A DNA stretch of 35,372 nucleotides from assembly GCA_964531605.1 (NCBI GenBank), contig CAZHDP010000001.1, forward strand, positions 1 through 35,372. The letters run 5' to 3'. Below are positions 8,706-17,040 of the stretch, one piece after another. The DNA comes from an uncultured Burkholderiaceae bacterium (GTDB lineage: Bacteria > Pseudomonadota > Gammaproteobacteria > Burkholderiales > Burkholderiaceae_C). Position numbers and translations under genes: made by a program. Under the pieces are notes generated by a model. That model made no database searches, was not told the DNA's origin, and saw only the letters and a program-made list of their open reading frames with translations. Every line of letters starts with the position of its first letter. Position 1 is the first letter of the stretch.

Positions 8706-9659
8706 TCAAAACAGACGCCATGATTGTGGGGCGTAGGTGTACGACGTGCCCTCTTTGCGCAAATGACCCAAGCCTGGGAAGGGCAAGTGGACCGCTGCGA
8801 TCAGGATGTCTTCTTTCGCGGCCATGTCAAAAATCTGTTGGCGCGCGCCACGGGCGGTGGGCTGTTCCCAGTCGAAGGCAATCGTCACATCGGGGCGCGA
8901 AAACTGCACCGGCGCGATGTGGATCAAATCGCCAATCGCGAGCATGCGTGCATTGCCGGACGTGACCATGTAGCAGCTGTGTCCCGGCGTGTGGCCCACG
9001 GACGCGACCGATTGGATGCCTGGCACGAGTTCGCTGCCCAGCAAAAAGGGCTTGAGGCGATCACCATAGGCGGCCTTGGCGCGTTTGGCGGCCACAAACC
9101 GTCCTTTTTGGTCTGCCGGTGCTTTGGCTTCGACCTCAGGGTTGGCCCAGTAGTCGACGTCAGGCTGGGAGATGCGCAGGTTCGCATTGGGGAACAAGGC
9201 CGTGCCTTCGGGGGTGACCGTGCCATGCAGGTGGTCCCCATGCATGTGGGTGATGAACACCTCGTCAATCTGCGATGGCTCCATGCCCGCGGCGGCCAGG
9301 CCTTGGGTCAGACGACCGGCATTGGGTCCGATCAATTTGGCGCCACCCGCGTCGATCAGTACCAGCTTTTCGCCCGTGTTGACCACAAAGGTATTGACCG
9401 GAATGCGCACCGGGCCGTAGGGCAGTTGCGCTGCTTCGAGCAAACTTTTCACAAGCTCTTGGGGGGCGTTCAACAGGCGAGGATCGGCTTCGATGAAGCC
9501 GTCCAGAATGGAGGTGACCTCAAAGTTGCCCAGCTTCATGCGGTGCACACTGATCACCTGGCCGTTGGCCATGGGTGCTTTGGCAAACACGGCGGGCATG
9601 GCCGTGGCCATGGCGGCAGCTCCTGCAGATTGAAGCAGTTGGCGGCGTTGAAGCGACAT
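8706..9659 (-). CDS. MBL-fold metallo-hydrolase with twin-arginine signal peptide
   Basis: The start MSLQRRQLLQSAGAAAMATAMPAVFA is a Tat motif and is preceded by AGGAG. A HxHxDH motif is present (ITHMHGDHLHG), with a later GHTPGH. Confidence 0.8.
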   Translation of the reverse strand: MSLQRRQLLQSAGAAAMATAMPAVFAKAPMANGQVISVHRMKLGNFEVTSILDGFIEADPRLLNAPQELVKSLLEAAQLPYGPVRIPVNTFVVNTGEKLVLIDAGGAKLIGPNAGRLTQGLAAAGMEPSQIDEVFITHMHGDHLHGTVTPEGTALFPNANLRISQPDVDYWANPEVEAKAPADQKGRFVAAKRAKAAYGDRLKPFLLGSELVPGIQSVASVGHTPGHSCYMVTSGNARMLAIGDLIHIAPVQFSRPDVTIAFDWEQPTARGARQQIFDMAAKEDILIAAVHLPFPGLGHLRKEGTSYTYAPQSWRLF

Positions 9660-9732
9660 GGGAACTCCTGTTGAAAACAAACGGGGAAGCATCGGTTTCA
9701 TTCGTATGGTCATCATACAAATTTGAGGGCAA

Positions 9733-9754
9733 GCAAAAACCAGGGTTTACCCTG
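9733..9754 (-). terminator. Intrinsic terminator after the AOR operon
   Basis: On the minus strand, CAGGG-taaa-CCCTG followed by GTTTTTGC, starting 4 nt after the stop of the last operon gene. Confidence 0.5.
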
Positions 9755-9758
9755 AATT

Positions 9759-10058
9759 TCAACCACCACCGCGTTGCATGTAGAGGTCAAATCGCTTCAT
9801 GAAACGGTGACGCTGGCTGTCCGTCAGGCCGGCGAAACGAAAGCTCACCAGCAAGCGCGGCATGCGCACCAAGGCAATGGCGCGGGGCTCTCCCACTTGC
9901 CATTTCAGGCCGAGTGCGCCATCCCCGATGCGCACGCCAGCTGACTTGTCTTGCAGTTTCCAGTGGTTCTCGCCAATGGCATCGGGCAGCCAGCGCAGCC
10001 ACTCGGTTTCCGTGCAGCCCATCTCACGTTCGAAGCGTTCGGGGTAAAACGACTGCAT
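9759..10058 (-). CDS. Small conserved-looking protein of unknown function, last gene of the AOR operon, ending in GGG
   Basis: Within ORF 9759..10100, the start MQSFYPERFEREMGCTETEWLRWLP at 10058 has a GGAGG inside the end of the preceding gene. The C-terminus is ...YMQRGGG. Confidence 0.6.
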   Translation of the reverse strand: MQSFYPERFEREMGCTETEWLRWLPDAIGENHWKLQDKSAGVRIGDGALGLKWQVGEPRAIALVRMPRLLVSFRFAGLTDSQRHRFMKRFDLYMQRGGG

Positions 10059-10062
10059 GCCT

Positions 10063-10317
10063 TCAGCCTCCCGCGATGGGCGGCCAGATGGCGAGCGCAT
10101 CGCCCTCCGCCAAAGTCTGCGTCATGCGCTTCTCTGGTTCGATGTACTTCCCATTGACGAGCACCAAGTGCACCAGCTTGGGCGGCAAGCCAAACGGCTC
10201 GATGATTTGGTTGATCGAGGCGTTGGGCGCCACCTCCAGATGCATTTCATTGCTCCTGCGGCGGTCTTCGGGCAGGTAATCGGTGAGCGAGGCGAACAGT
10301 TTGAACGTGATCTTCAT
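10063..10317 (-). CDS. MoaD/ThiS-family ubiquitin-like sulfur-carrier protein
   Basis: MKITFKLFASLTDYLP...GDALAIWPPIAGG: 84 aa, C-terminal Gly-Gly. Its ATG overlaps the aorC stop as ATGA. Confidence 0.8.
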   Translation of the reverse strand: MKITFKLFASLTDYLPEDRRRSNEMHLEVAPNASINQIIEPFGLPPKLVHLVLVNGKYIEPEKRMTQTLAEGDALAIWPPIAGG

Positions 10318-11609
10318 CGGCGACGCTCGTCTTGTGCGCCTGACCACGTTGACTGCGCCTGAGCGCTGGCCAGGTAGGCTTCCATGACCAAGGTGGGGTC
10401 ATGCATGAGCTTGTCCTTCCAGGCACCCAGCTTGATCCCTCCTTCGACCAGCCCACGCATGGCGCCCACGTGTTGGGTCCATCCCACGCTGTTGCAGCCG
10501 ATCAGCACGTCGCCTTTGAACTGCAAGCTCAGGTGTTTGCCTGCAGGCAGGTCTGTCAGTGCAACATGCTCACCCCCAGGGCACCCTTGCCAATCGCCAA
10601 AGCTGGTCGAAATCAGGCCCAAGGTGTCCAACACGTTGATCTGTGTCACGCCCTTCAATACGGCCTTTGGGGGCTGTTGGCGTGAAAACGCCACCATGTT
10701 GGCGCCCGCCACCCTGGCCTGTTCCGCAGCGTTGGGCTGGATGGCGCTGACGATGGTTTTGCCACTGACTTTGTCAAACGCTTCGGCACAGTCACCGGCT
10801 GCAAAAACGCCCGGCAAGTTGGTCTGCAGGTGCTCGTTGGTCAACACCCCCAACAGGCAACTCACCCCAGAATCTTGCAAGAAGCCAATGGCGGGGCGAA
10901 CGCCCGCTGCGCTGATGACCAAGTCTGCCTCCACCGTGTTGCCGTTGGACAGCTTGACCTGCAACGGCGAACCGGCGGTGATCGACTCCACCTTCGTGCT
11001 GGTGAAGACCTGCACGCCCTTGGCTTCACACCAGTCGCGGATCATGCCCCCTGCAACGGGCCCCATCATGCGCGGGACCATGCGGTCACCCATCTCGACC
11101 ACACTGAGTTTGACGCCACGCGAGGCCAGCGCCTCCATGATGATGCAGCCGATGAAGCCCGCACCCAGTTGCAACACGCGTGCGCCTCGTGTGGCCAAGC
11201 TCATGATGTGGCGTGCATCAGCCATCGTCCAGCAGGTGTGAACACCCGCCGAGTCCATGCCTGGGATGGGCGGATGCACCGGGTGAGAACCTGTGGCGAT
11301 GAGCAGCGTGTCAAAACGCACCGTTTGCCCATTGTCCAAGGCCAAACTCTTTGCGGTGCCTTGCACCGAGGTGACTTTGGCTCGGACCAGCTCAATGTTC
11401 AAGTCCTGAAAGTGGGTGGAACGCTTGCGCAAGTAGGTGCCGGATTCCTGCACATTGCCCATCAGCAAGTAGGGAATGGCCATGCGCGAGTACGGGGGTT
11501 CCGCCTCATCGCCGATGAGCGTGATGCGGTCTTGAGGCGCCAGTTTGCGGATGGTTTCTGCCGCAATGACGCCCGCGGGGCCTGCGCCAAGGATGACGTG
11601 GTGTGCCAT
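10314..11609 (-). CDS. aorC: FAD/NAD(P)-binding pyridine-nucleotide-disulfide oxidoreductase family, AOR electron-transfer subunit-like
   Basis: Within ORF 10314..11882, the internal start MAHHVILGAGPAGVIAAE carries the first GxGxxG motif. A second Rossmann motif is VLQLGAGFIGCI. GGAG lies upstream. Confidence 0.75.
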   Translation of the reverse strand: MAHHVILGAGPAGVIAAETIRKLAPQDRITLIGDEAEPPYSRMAIPYLLMGNVQESGTYLRKRSTHFQDLNIELVRAKVTSVQGTAKSLALDNGQTVRFDTLLIATGSHPVHPPIPGMDSAGVHTCWTMADARHIMSLATRGARVLQLGAGFIGCIIMEALASRGVKLSVVEMGDRMVPRMMGPVAGGMIRDWCEAKGVQVFTSTKVESITAGSPLQVKLSNGNTVEADLVISAAGVRPAIGFLQDSGVSCLLGVLTNEHLQTNLPGVFAAGDCAEAFDKVSGKTIVSAIQPNAAEQARVAGANMVAFSRQQPPKAVLKGVTQINVLDTLGLISTSFGDWQGCPGGEHVALTDLPAGKHLSLQFKGDVLIGCNSVGWTQHVGAMRGLVEGGIKLGAWKDKLMHDPTLVMEAYLASAQAQSTWSGAQDERRR

Positions 11610-11668
11610 GAGGATGCTCCAAAAAAGAAAGCGGCCACCGGGACCGCTTTGCCTGTCAGTGTCAGTGC

Positions 11669-13516
11669 TTACAAACCGAGACGGGTGCGAGTGGCCTCTG
11701 TCGGGCGACCTTCGTTGTCCCAGCCGCGAGCGGCGTAGTACTTCGGCATCATCTCGGCCAACATGTTGACCTTGCCCTTGGCAGGGCCTGTTTTGCAGGC
11801 GTCTTCCAGCAAACGCTTGGGCAGGCTGTCGTCTTTGGCCGTGAAGCCAGCGCGGTTGTTGAAGTCGCGTTCCATGTTCCAAATGCGCTCGCCGATTTTT
11901 TCCAATTCTTCGGTGGTGTATTGCTCACCACAAGCGGCGGACACCTGCGGTGCCAGATCTGCCAAGCCCCATGCGAAGGTGGTGAAGATGCACAGGCCTG
12001 ACGAGTCAAACGCTGCGGTTGCATCTTGGAAAGCTTTGACCAACTCAGGCTTGCCTTCATGCTCCAAAGGATCGGTCTTCACGGGAATGCCCAACACCTC
12101 AGAAGCGATGGTGTAGCCACGCAAATGGCAACCGCCACGGTTCGACGTGGCGTAGGCCAGGCCAATGCCCTGGATGGCGCGACCGTCATAGGCGGGGAAC
12201 TCCTGGCCTTTGCTGGACATGCTCAGGTCTGGGTGGCCGTATTTCGCGGTCAGGCGCTTGGAGCCTTGGCCAATTTCTTTGCCAAAGCCTCGGCCATTGA
12301 CGGTTTCCTCTGTGAAGAACGCCAAAGCCTCGGCAGAGCCAAACTTGGCATCAATGCCCAGCTGCTCTTTGGTCAGCACGCCCATTTCATAGAGCTCCAT
12401 CACCGCACCCACCGTGGCGCCAAAGCTGATGGGGTCGATGCCTTCTTCGTTGCACAGCATGGACGCGTACTGCAAGGCCTCCAGGTCTTTCACGCCGTTG
12501 GCGGCACCCAATGCCCAGGCTGCTTCGTACTCCAGTCCGCCAGAGGCACCCCAGTATTGGGGCTTGTTGGCCACGGTGAAATGGCCTTTGTCCATCTTGC
12601 TGATGCGGCCGCAGGCAATCGTGCACCCGAAGCAAGCTTGGTTGGTCACCAAATGCTTTTTGCCATCGGTCGCGCGAGGGGTGACCATGGCTTCGGCAGA
12701 GATGTCCTTGGCACCTTCGAACTGGTTGTCACGGTGATTGCGGGTGGGCAAGGCGCCCACTTCGTTGATCACGTTCATCAACACCTGGGTGCCATAAGCA
12801 GGCAGGCCCTGGCCAGTGACGGCGTTGTCTGCCAGGATTTTCTTTTTCTCGGCCACGGCCTTCATGAAGGCTTTGGGGTCTTTGAGGTTGCCCACGCCCT
12901 TGGTACCGCGCACCGCGATCGCCTTGAGGTTTTTACTGCCCATGACCGTGCCCACACCGGAGCGACCGGCGGCGCGGTGCAAATCATTGACCACCGCCGC
13001 GTACAGCACGCCGTTTTCACCGGCTTTGCCAATGCTGGACACGCGCGTCAGCGGGTCTTGCAAGCTGGTCTTGAGCGTCTCTTCGGTTTCCCAGACGCTC
13101 TTGCCCCACAGGTGGCTGGCGTCACGCAGCTCGGCCACATCGTCGTTCACGTACAGGTAGACTGGCTTGGCGCTCTTGCCTTCAAAAATGACCATGTCCC
13201 AACCCGCCATTTTGAACTCAGCGCCCCAATAGCCGCCCGAATTCGAGCAGGCAATGGCGCCCGTCAAAGGGCTTTTGGTGATCACGGTGTAGCGGCCACC
13301 TGTAGACGCCATCGTGCCCGTCAACGGGCCCGTTGCCCAGATGATTTTGTTGGCTGGCGACAGTGGATCGACGGTGGCATCCACCTCTTCCACCAGGTAT
13401 TTGGTACCCAAGCCACGTGAACCCAGATAGCTCTGAGCCCAAGCGGTGTTGAGTGGCTCTGACTTGACGGTGCCAGCGGTCAGATCAACGCGAAGAATTT
13501 TTCCTGCCCATGCCAT
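11669..13516 (-). CDS. aorB: Aldehyde:ferredoxin oxidoreductase family, tungsten/molybdopterin catalytic subunit
   Basis: Within ORF 11669..13567, the start MAWAGKILRVDLTAGT is preceded by AAGGAG. AOR-family hallmarks are present (GGRYTVITKSPLTG and the CFGCTIACGR cluster motif). Confidence 0.9.
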   Translation of the reverse strand: MAWAGKILRVDLTAGTVKSEPLNTAWAQSYLGSRGLGTKYLVEEVDATVDPLSPANKIIWATGPLTGTMASTGGRYTVITKSPLTGAIACSNSGGYWGAEFKMAGWDMVIFEGKSAKPVYLYVNDDVAELRDASHLWGKSVWETEETLKTSLQDPLTRVSSIGKAGENGVLYAAVVNDLHRAAGRSGVGTVMGSKNLKAIAVRGTKGVGNLKDPKAFMKAVAEKKKILADNAVTGQGLPAYGTQVLMNVINEVGALPTRNHRDNQFEGAKDISAEAMVTPRATDGKKHLVTNQACFGCTIACGRISKMDKGHFTVANKPQYWGASGGLEYEAAWALGAANGVKDLEALQYASMLCNEEGIDPISFGATVGAVMELYEMGVLTKEQLGIDAKFGSAEALAFFTEETVNGRGFGKEIGQGSKRLTAKYGHPDLSMSSKGQEFPAYDGRAIQGIGLAYATSNRGGCHLRGYTIASEVLGIPVKTDPLEHEGKPELVKAFQDATAAFDSSGLCIFTTFAWGLADLAPQVSAACGEQYTTEELEKIGERIWNMERDFNNRAGFTAKDDSLPKRLLEDACKTGPAKGKVNMLAEMMPKYYAARGWDNEGRPTEATRTRLGL

Positions 13517-13527
13517 GGTGTTGCTCC

Positions 13528-14004
13528 TTAATTCGCTGAGGGCTGGTTGCCCAATTTGTTGGCCCATGCTTCCATCTTGCCCAACCCTGTCCAGTTGGCG
13601 TCAATGAAGGTGATGGCACCCGTGGGGCAGGCTGTGGCACAAGCGGGATCGCCTGCACACAGATCGCATTTTTGAACCTTGCCGGTTTCCTGCACGTAGT
13701 TGATCGTGCCGAAGGGGCAGGCGATGGTGCAAACCTTGCAACCGACACAAGTGGCTTCGTTCACCACTTTGGCACCCGTCAACTTGTCCACGGTGATGGC
13801 TTCTACCGGACATGCATGCAAACACCACGCCTCGTCACACTGGGTGCAGGTGTAAGGCACCTTTTTGCCAGTCTCATGGAAATTGAACACCTTGATTCGG
13901 GATTTGGCGGGTGCGAAAGTGCCGTAGTTCTCGTAAGAACAGGCCATTTCGCACTGCAAACATCCGGTGCACTTGTCTGCGTTGATGTGCAACACCTTTT
14001 GCAT
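13528..14004 (-). CDS. aorA: Poly-ferredoxin with four CxxCxxCxxxC-type 4Fe-4S motifs, AOR electron-transfer subunit
   Basis: The four motifs are CTGCLQCEMAC, CTQCDEAWCLHAC, CVGCKVCTIAC and CDLCAGDPACATAC. It lies directly upstream of aorB. Confidence 0.85.
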   Translation of the reverse strand: MQKVLHINADKCTGCLQCEMACSYENYGTFAPAKSRIKVFNFHETGKKVPYTCTQCDEAWCLHACPVEAITVDKLTGAKVVNEATCVGCKVCTIACPFGTINYVQETGKVQKCDLCAGDPACATACPTGAITFIDANWTGLGKMEAWANKLGNQPSAN

Positions 14005-14046
14005 GTGTGTCTCCTGCGGGTTGTGGCACGCCAGGCGCGCCGAACT

Positions 14047-14087
14047 TATGAAATGAATTACCTATGAAATCAATTGCCTGTGAATTC
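14047..14087. promoter_or_regulatory. AT-rich tandem direct repeats in the divergent aorA/racemase intergenic region (candidate regulator binding sites)
   Basis: tatgaaatgaattacc (14047-14062) and tatgaaatcaattgcc (14063-14078) match at 14 of 16 positions, followed by a partial third copy tgtgaattc. Confidence 0.45.
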
Positions 14088-14238
14088 TTGAGCGTCATGT
14101 CTGGCGGCTTCATCGGGTTAACCCTAGTCGGATAAGGGGTTTGCGCTGAAATTCTCAAAAAGAAACACCTGTAGTCGTGCTGTGGTGGTGTCGCCCAAGG
14201 CTTTCAATGTGAGCGACGGATACGTTAAATTCGGAAAG

Positions 14239-14952
14239 ATGAGCACATCCAACCCTCTTCCGCCGCGGGTCGCGTTGATCCATGCCACCGCTTTGGCCGT
14301 GGCGCCGATCCAATCCGCGTTTCTCCGGCATTGTCCCGAGGCGCGGTTGATGAACGTGTTGGATGACAGTTTGTCTGTGGACCGTGCTGCAGCGGGTCGC
14401 CTCACGGAGGCCATGAGCCAACGCTTTGTCGACTTGGCCAGCTACACGCAGCGTGCAGGATGTCAGGCCATCTTGTTCACCTGCTCTGCCTTTGGCCCTG
14501 CCATCGAGGCCGCGGGTCAGGCGGTGGGCATGCCCACCCTCAAACCCAACGAAGCCATGTTTGACGATGCCTTGGCCCGTTGCCCAGACCAAGGCGCCAA
14601 GGTCGGATTGTTGGCAACGTTTGAAGCGTCTGTCGAATCCATGTCTGTGGAGCTGATGGCCATGGCAGAGCAGTTGAACAAAACCATCGTGATCCACAGC
14701 GTGTATGTGCCCGAGGCCATGCAAGATCTGGCCCGGGGCGATGTGGACGCCCATCACCGCAAGATCGCTGACGCTGCGCGTGTTTTGCACGGGTGCGACG
14801 TGGTGATGCTGGCCCAGTTTTCGATGGCGGACGCACAAAGCACCGTTCAGGCTGTGCTCGATTGCCCTGTGCTCAGCAGCCCCGACTGTGCTGTGCTGGC
14901 GCTCAAACAACACTTCAACGCAACTGCCTCTGGGCAGGTTCCTCATGACTGA
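14239..14952 (+). CDS. Asp/Glu/hydantoin racemase family protein (arylmalonate decarboxylase/maleate isomerase-like superfamily)
   Basis: Within ORF 14182..14952, the start is MSTSNPLPPRVALIHATALAVAPI. The two-Cys-type racemase layout is present (ILFTCSAFG ... VVMLAQFSM). Confidence 0.6.
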   Translation: MSTSNPLPPRVALIHATALAVAPIQSAFLRHCPEARLMNVLDDSLSVDRAAAGRLTEAMSQRFVDLASYTQRAGCQAILFTCSAFGPAIEAAGQAVGMPTLKPNEAMFDDALARCPDQGAKVGLLATFEASVESMSVELMAMAEQLNKTIVIHSVYVPEAMQDLARGDVDAHHRKIADAARVLHGCDVVMLAQFSMADAQSTVQAVLDCPVLSSPDCAVLALKQHFNATASGQVPHD

Positions 14953-16003
14953 AAACACCGTCACGCTGGGTCAACTCCAGCAATTCATCACCCTTGCGAT
15001 GGCGCGTTTGGGTCTGCCAGACGCTGACGCTGCCACCGTGGGCCGACTGATGGCCGAAGCCGAATTGCAGGGGTCGGATGGCCATGGTGTCATTCGCCTG
15101 CTGCCCTACGCCCGTCGCATCCAAGCCGGTGGTTTGAATGTGCGCCCGAACATCAAGGTTGTTCAAGAGCGCGCAGGCATGGCTTTGCTCGATGGTGACA
15201 ACGGCATGGGCCATTTGGTGATGGCCCGCGCTGCTGAATTGGCCATCGACAAAGCGCGCCAATGTGGCATAGGTTGGGTCGGATCACGCTTGAGTAACCA
15301 TGCGGGGCCTGCGTCGCTCTACGCCCGCATGCCCATGGCACAAGACATGATTGGCATGTACTTCGCCGTCGGCAACGCCAACCACTTGCCGCCATGGGGC
15401 GGGCTGGACATGTTGTTATCGACCAACCCGATTGCCGTGGCTGTTCCGGCGGGTGAGGAGCCTCCTGTGGTGCTGGACATGGCGACCACCGTGGCCGCCT
15501 ACGGCAAAGTGAAAGCCAAAGCGCAGCGCGGCGAAATGATGCCCGAGGGCTGGATGATCGACCGTGAAGGCAAGCCATTGTTGGACCCCAAGCGCGCCGA
15601 AGAGGGGTTTTTGATGCCCATCGGTGGCTACAAAGGGTATGGCTTGTCGTTGATCGTGGGCTTGTTGGCGGGCACCCTCAATGGTGCGGCCATGGGCAAA
15701 CAGGTCATCGACTTCAACCACGACGACACCAGCACCACCAACACGGGCCAAGCCATCATGGCGATCGACCTCAGTGCTTTTGGCGATGTCGATGGTTTCA
15801 AAGCGCGGGTGGATCAGCTGGTGCGTGAACTGCGCGGCAGCGACAAGATGCCCGGTGTCGAACGCATTTGGCTGCCTGGTGAGCAAAGTCACCAAAAGCG
15901 TTTGAACAACGAGCGCGAGGGCATGACTTTGCCCGTTGCCTTGCTGAAGCAGCTGGACACGTTTGCCGCCGACATGGGCTTGCCTGCTTTGCAATCACTT
16001 TGA
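14945..16003 (+). CDS. Ldh_2-family (malate/L-lactate/ureidoglycolate dehydrogenase-type) oxidoreductase
   Basis: MTENTVTLGQLQQFI...ELQGSDGHGVIRLLPYARRI and NHAGPASLY are typical of Ldh_2. The ATG overlaps the upstream stop as ATGA. Confidence 0.8.
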   Translation: MTENTVTLGQLQQFITLAMARLGLPDADAATVGRLMAEAELQGSDGHGVIRLLPYARRIQAGGLNVRPNIKVVQERAGMALLDGDNGMGHLVMARAAELAIDKARQCGIGWVGSRLSNHAGPASLYARMPMAQDMIGMYFAVGNANHLPPWGGLDMLLSTNPIAVAVPAGEEPPVVLDMATTVAAYGKVKAKAQRGEMMPEGWMIDREGKPLLDPKRAEEGFLMPIGGYKGYGLSLIVGLLAGTLNGAAMGKQVIDFNHDDTSTTNTGQAIMAIDLSAFGDVDGFKARVDQLVRELRGSDKMPGVERIWLPGEQSHQKRLNNEREGMTLPVALLKQLDTFAADMGLPALQSL

Positions 16004-16034
16004 CCTTTTGATACAGATTTGATACAGGACTCAC

Positions 16035-17039
16035 ATGACCGTTACCTCCTTGTGCTTTTCACGCCGAATTGGCGTTGTGTTGGCCTTGTCTCTGTCTGCC
16101 ATGTGGAGCACTTCTTGGGGTCAAGCACAACCCACCACGGCTTACCCGAACAAGCCCATACGCGTGATCGTGCCGCTGGCCGCAGGCAGCGCGGTCGACA
16201 ATGCTGCGCGCATCCTGGCCCAGAAGATGACGCAAAACATGGGGCAGTCGGTGGTCATTGAAAACATGCCCGGTGCGGCGGGCCTCATCGGTGCAGAGCG
16301 CGTGGCCAAGTCGGCGCCAGATGGCTACACGCTGGGTGGCTTCAACGACAGCATCATGACGATGTTGCCCCACCTGCAGGCCAAGATGCCGTGGGACATT
16401 TTGAAAGACTTCGACCCAGTGTCGTTGGTGGCCACGGTGGAATGGGGTCTGGTGGTGGCGGCCAATGCCCCACAAAAATCGGCGGCAGATTTGATCGCTG
16501 ATGCCCGCAAAGCGCCGGGCAACCTCAACTATGGATCGGGGGGCAACGGCAGCCCGCAGCACATCGCGATGGCTTTGTTTGCATCCCAAGCTGGGGTGTC
16601 AATGACGCATGTGCCTTACAAAGGCGCGACGCAGGCCGCCATGGGTTTGGCGGGCAACGAAGTTCAGAGCGCCTTCCAAGGCATTGCCACGGTCAACGCT
16701 TTGGTGAAGGGGGGCAAGCTGAGGTTGATTGCAGTGAGCACGCCGCGCCGCATGCCTCAGTTTCCTGATGTGCCCACCGTGTCTGAGTCTGGGCTGCCAG
16801 GGTTTGAATTCAATTCTTGGTTCGCGATGATGGCGCCTGCTGGGACGCCCAAGCCCATTTTGCAGACCCTGCAAACCGAAATCACCAAAGCCTTGGCTGA
16901 CCCAGAAGTGCGGGACAAACTGACCGCTCAGGGCTTGAGCCCCCGTGGCACATCGGCCGACGAATTGGGTCGTGCCATGCGCGTGCAGTTGACGCGCTAT
17001 GGCGAGCTCATCAAGGCTGCGGGCATCACCGCAGATTGA
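16035..17039 (+). CDS. Bug/TctC-family periplasmic binding protein
   Basis: Signal peptide followed by YPNKPIRVIVPLAAGSAVDNAARIL and VPYKGATQ. Confidence 0.85.
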   Translation: MTVTSLCFSRRIGVVLALSLSAMWSTSWGQAQPTTAYPNKPIRVIVPLAAGSAVDNAARILAQKMTQNMGQSVVIENMPGAAGLIGAERVAKSAPDGYTLGGFNDSIMTMLPHLQAKMPWDILKDFDPVSLVATVEWGLVVAANAPQKSAADLIADARKAPGNLNYGSGGNGSPQHIAMALFASQAGVSMTHVPYKGATQAAMGLAGNEVQSAFQGIATVNALVKGGKLRLIAVSTPRRMPQFPDVPTVSESGLPGFEFNSWFAMMAPAGTPKPILQTLQTEITKALADPEVRDKLTAQGLSPRGTSADELGRAMRVQLTRYGELIKAAGITAD

Positions 17040-17040
17040 C

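Noticed and set aside
12026-13420. 464-aa plus-strand ORF, together with similar long ORFs at 520..1140, 3410..4126, 7384..8511, 8724..9674, 10830..11738, 14155..14964, 18806..19792, 22541..23509, 23933..24619, 25356..26468, 26349..27440 and 28232..29383
   Set aside because: All lie antisense to, or frame-shifted within, genes with clear family signatures. Their translations are Arg/Gly/His/Ala-rich, low-complexity shadow products typical of high-GC DNA.
14023-14038. Plus-strand TGGCAC-N5-GCGCG, considered as a sigma54 promoter for the racemase cluster
   Set aside because: The -24 box is perfect and the GG-N10-GC spacing fits. However, the -12 region lacks the TTGC context. The site lies 19 nt from the aorA start codon and about 200 nt from the racemase ATG, so support is too weak to call.
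14115-14124. The palindrome GGGTTAACCC (with shared flank TCGGGTTAACCC) occurs twice, here and at 34747-34756
   Set aside because: Dozens of repeated 12-mers are expected by chance in a 35-kb window read on both strands. There are only two copies and no common genetic context.
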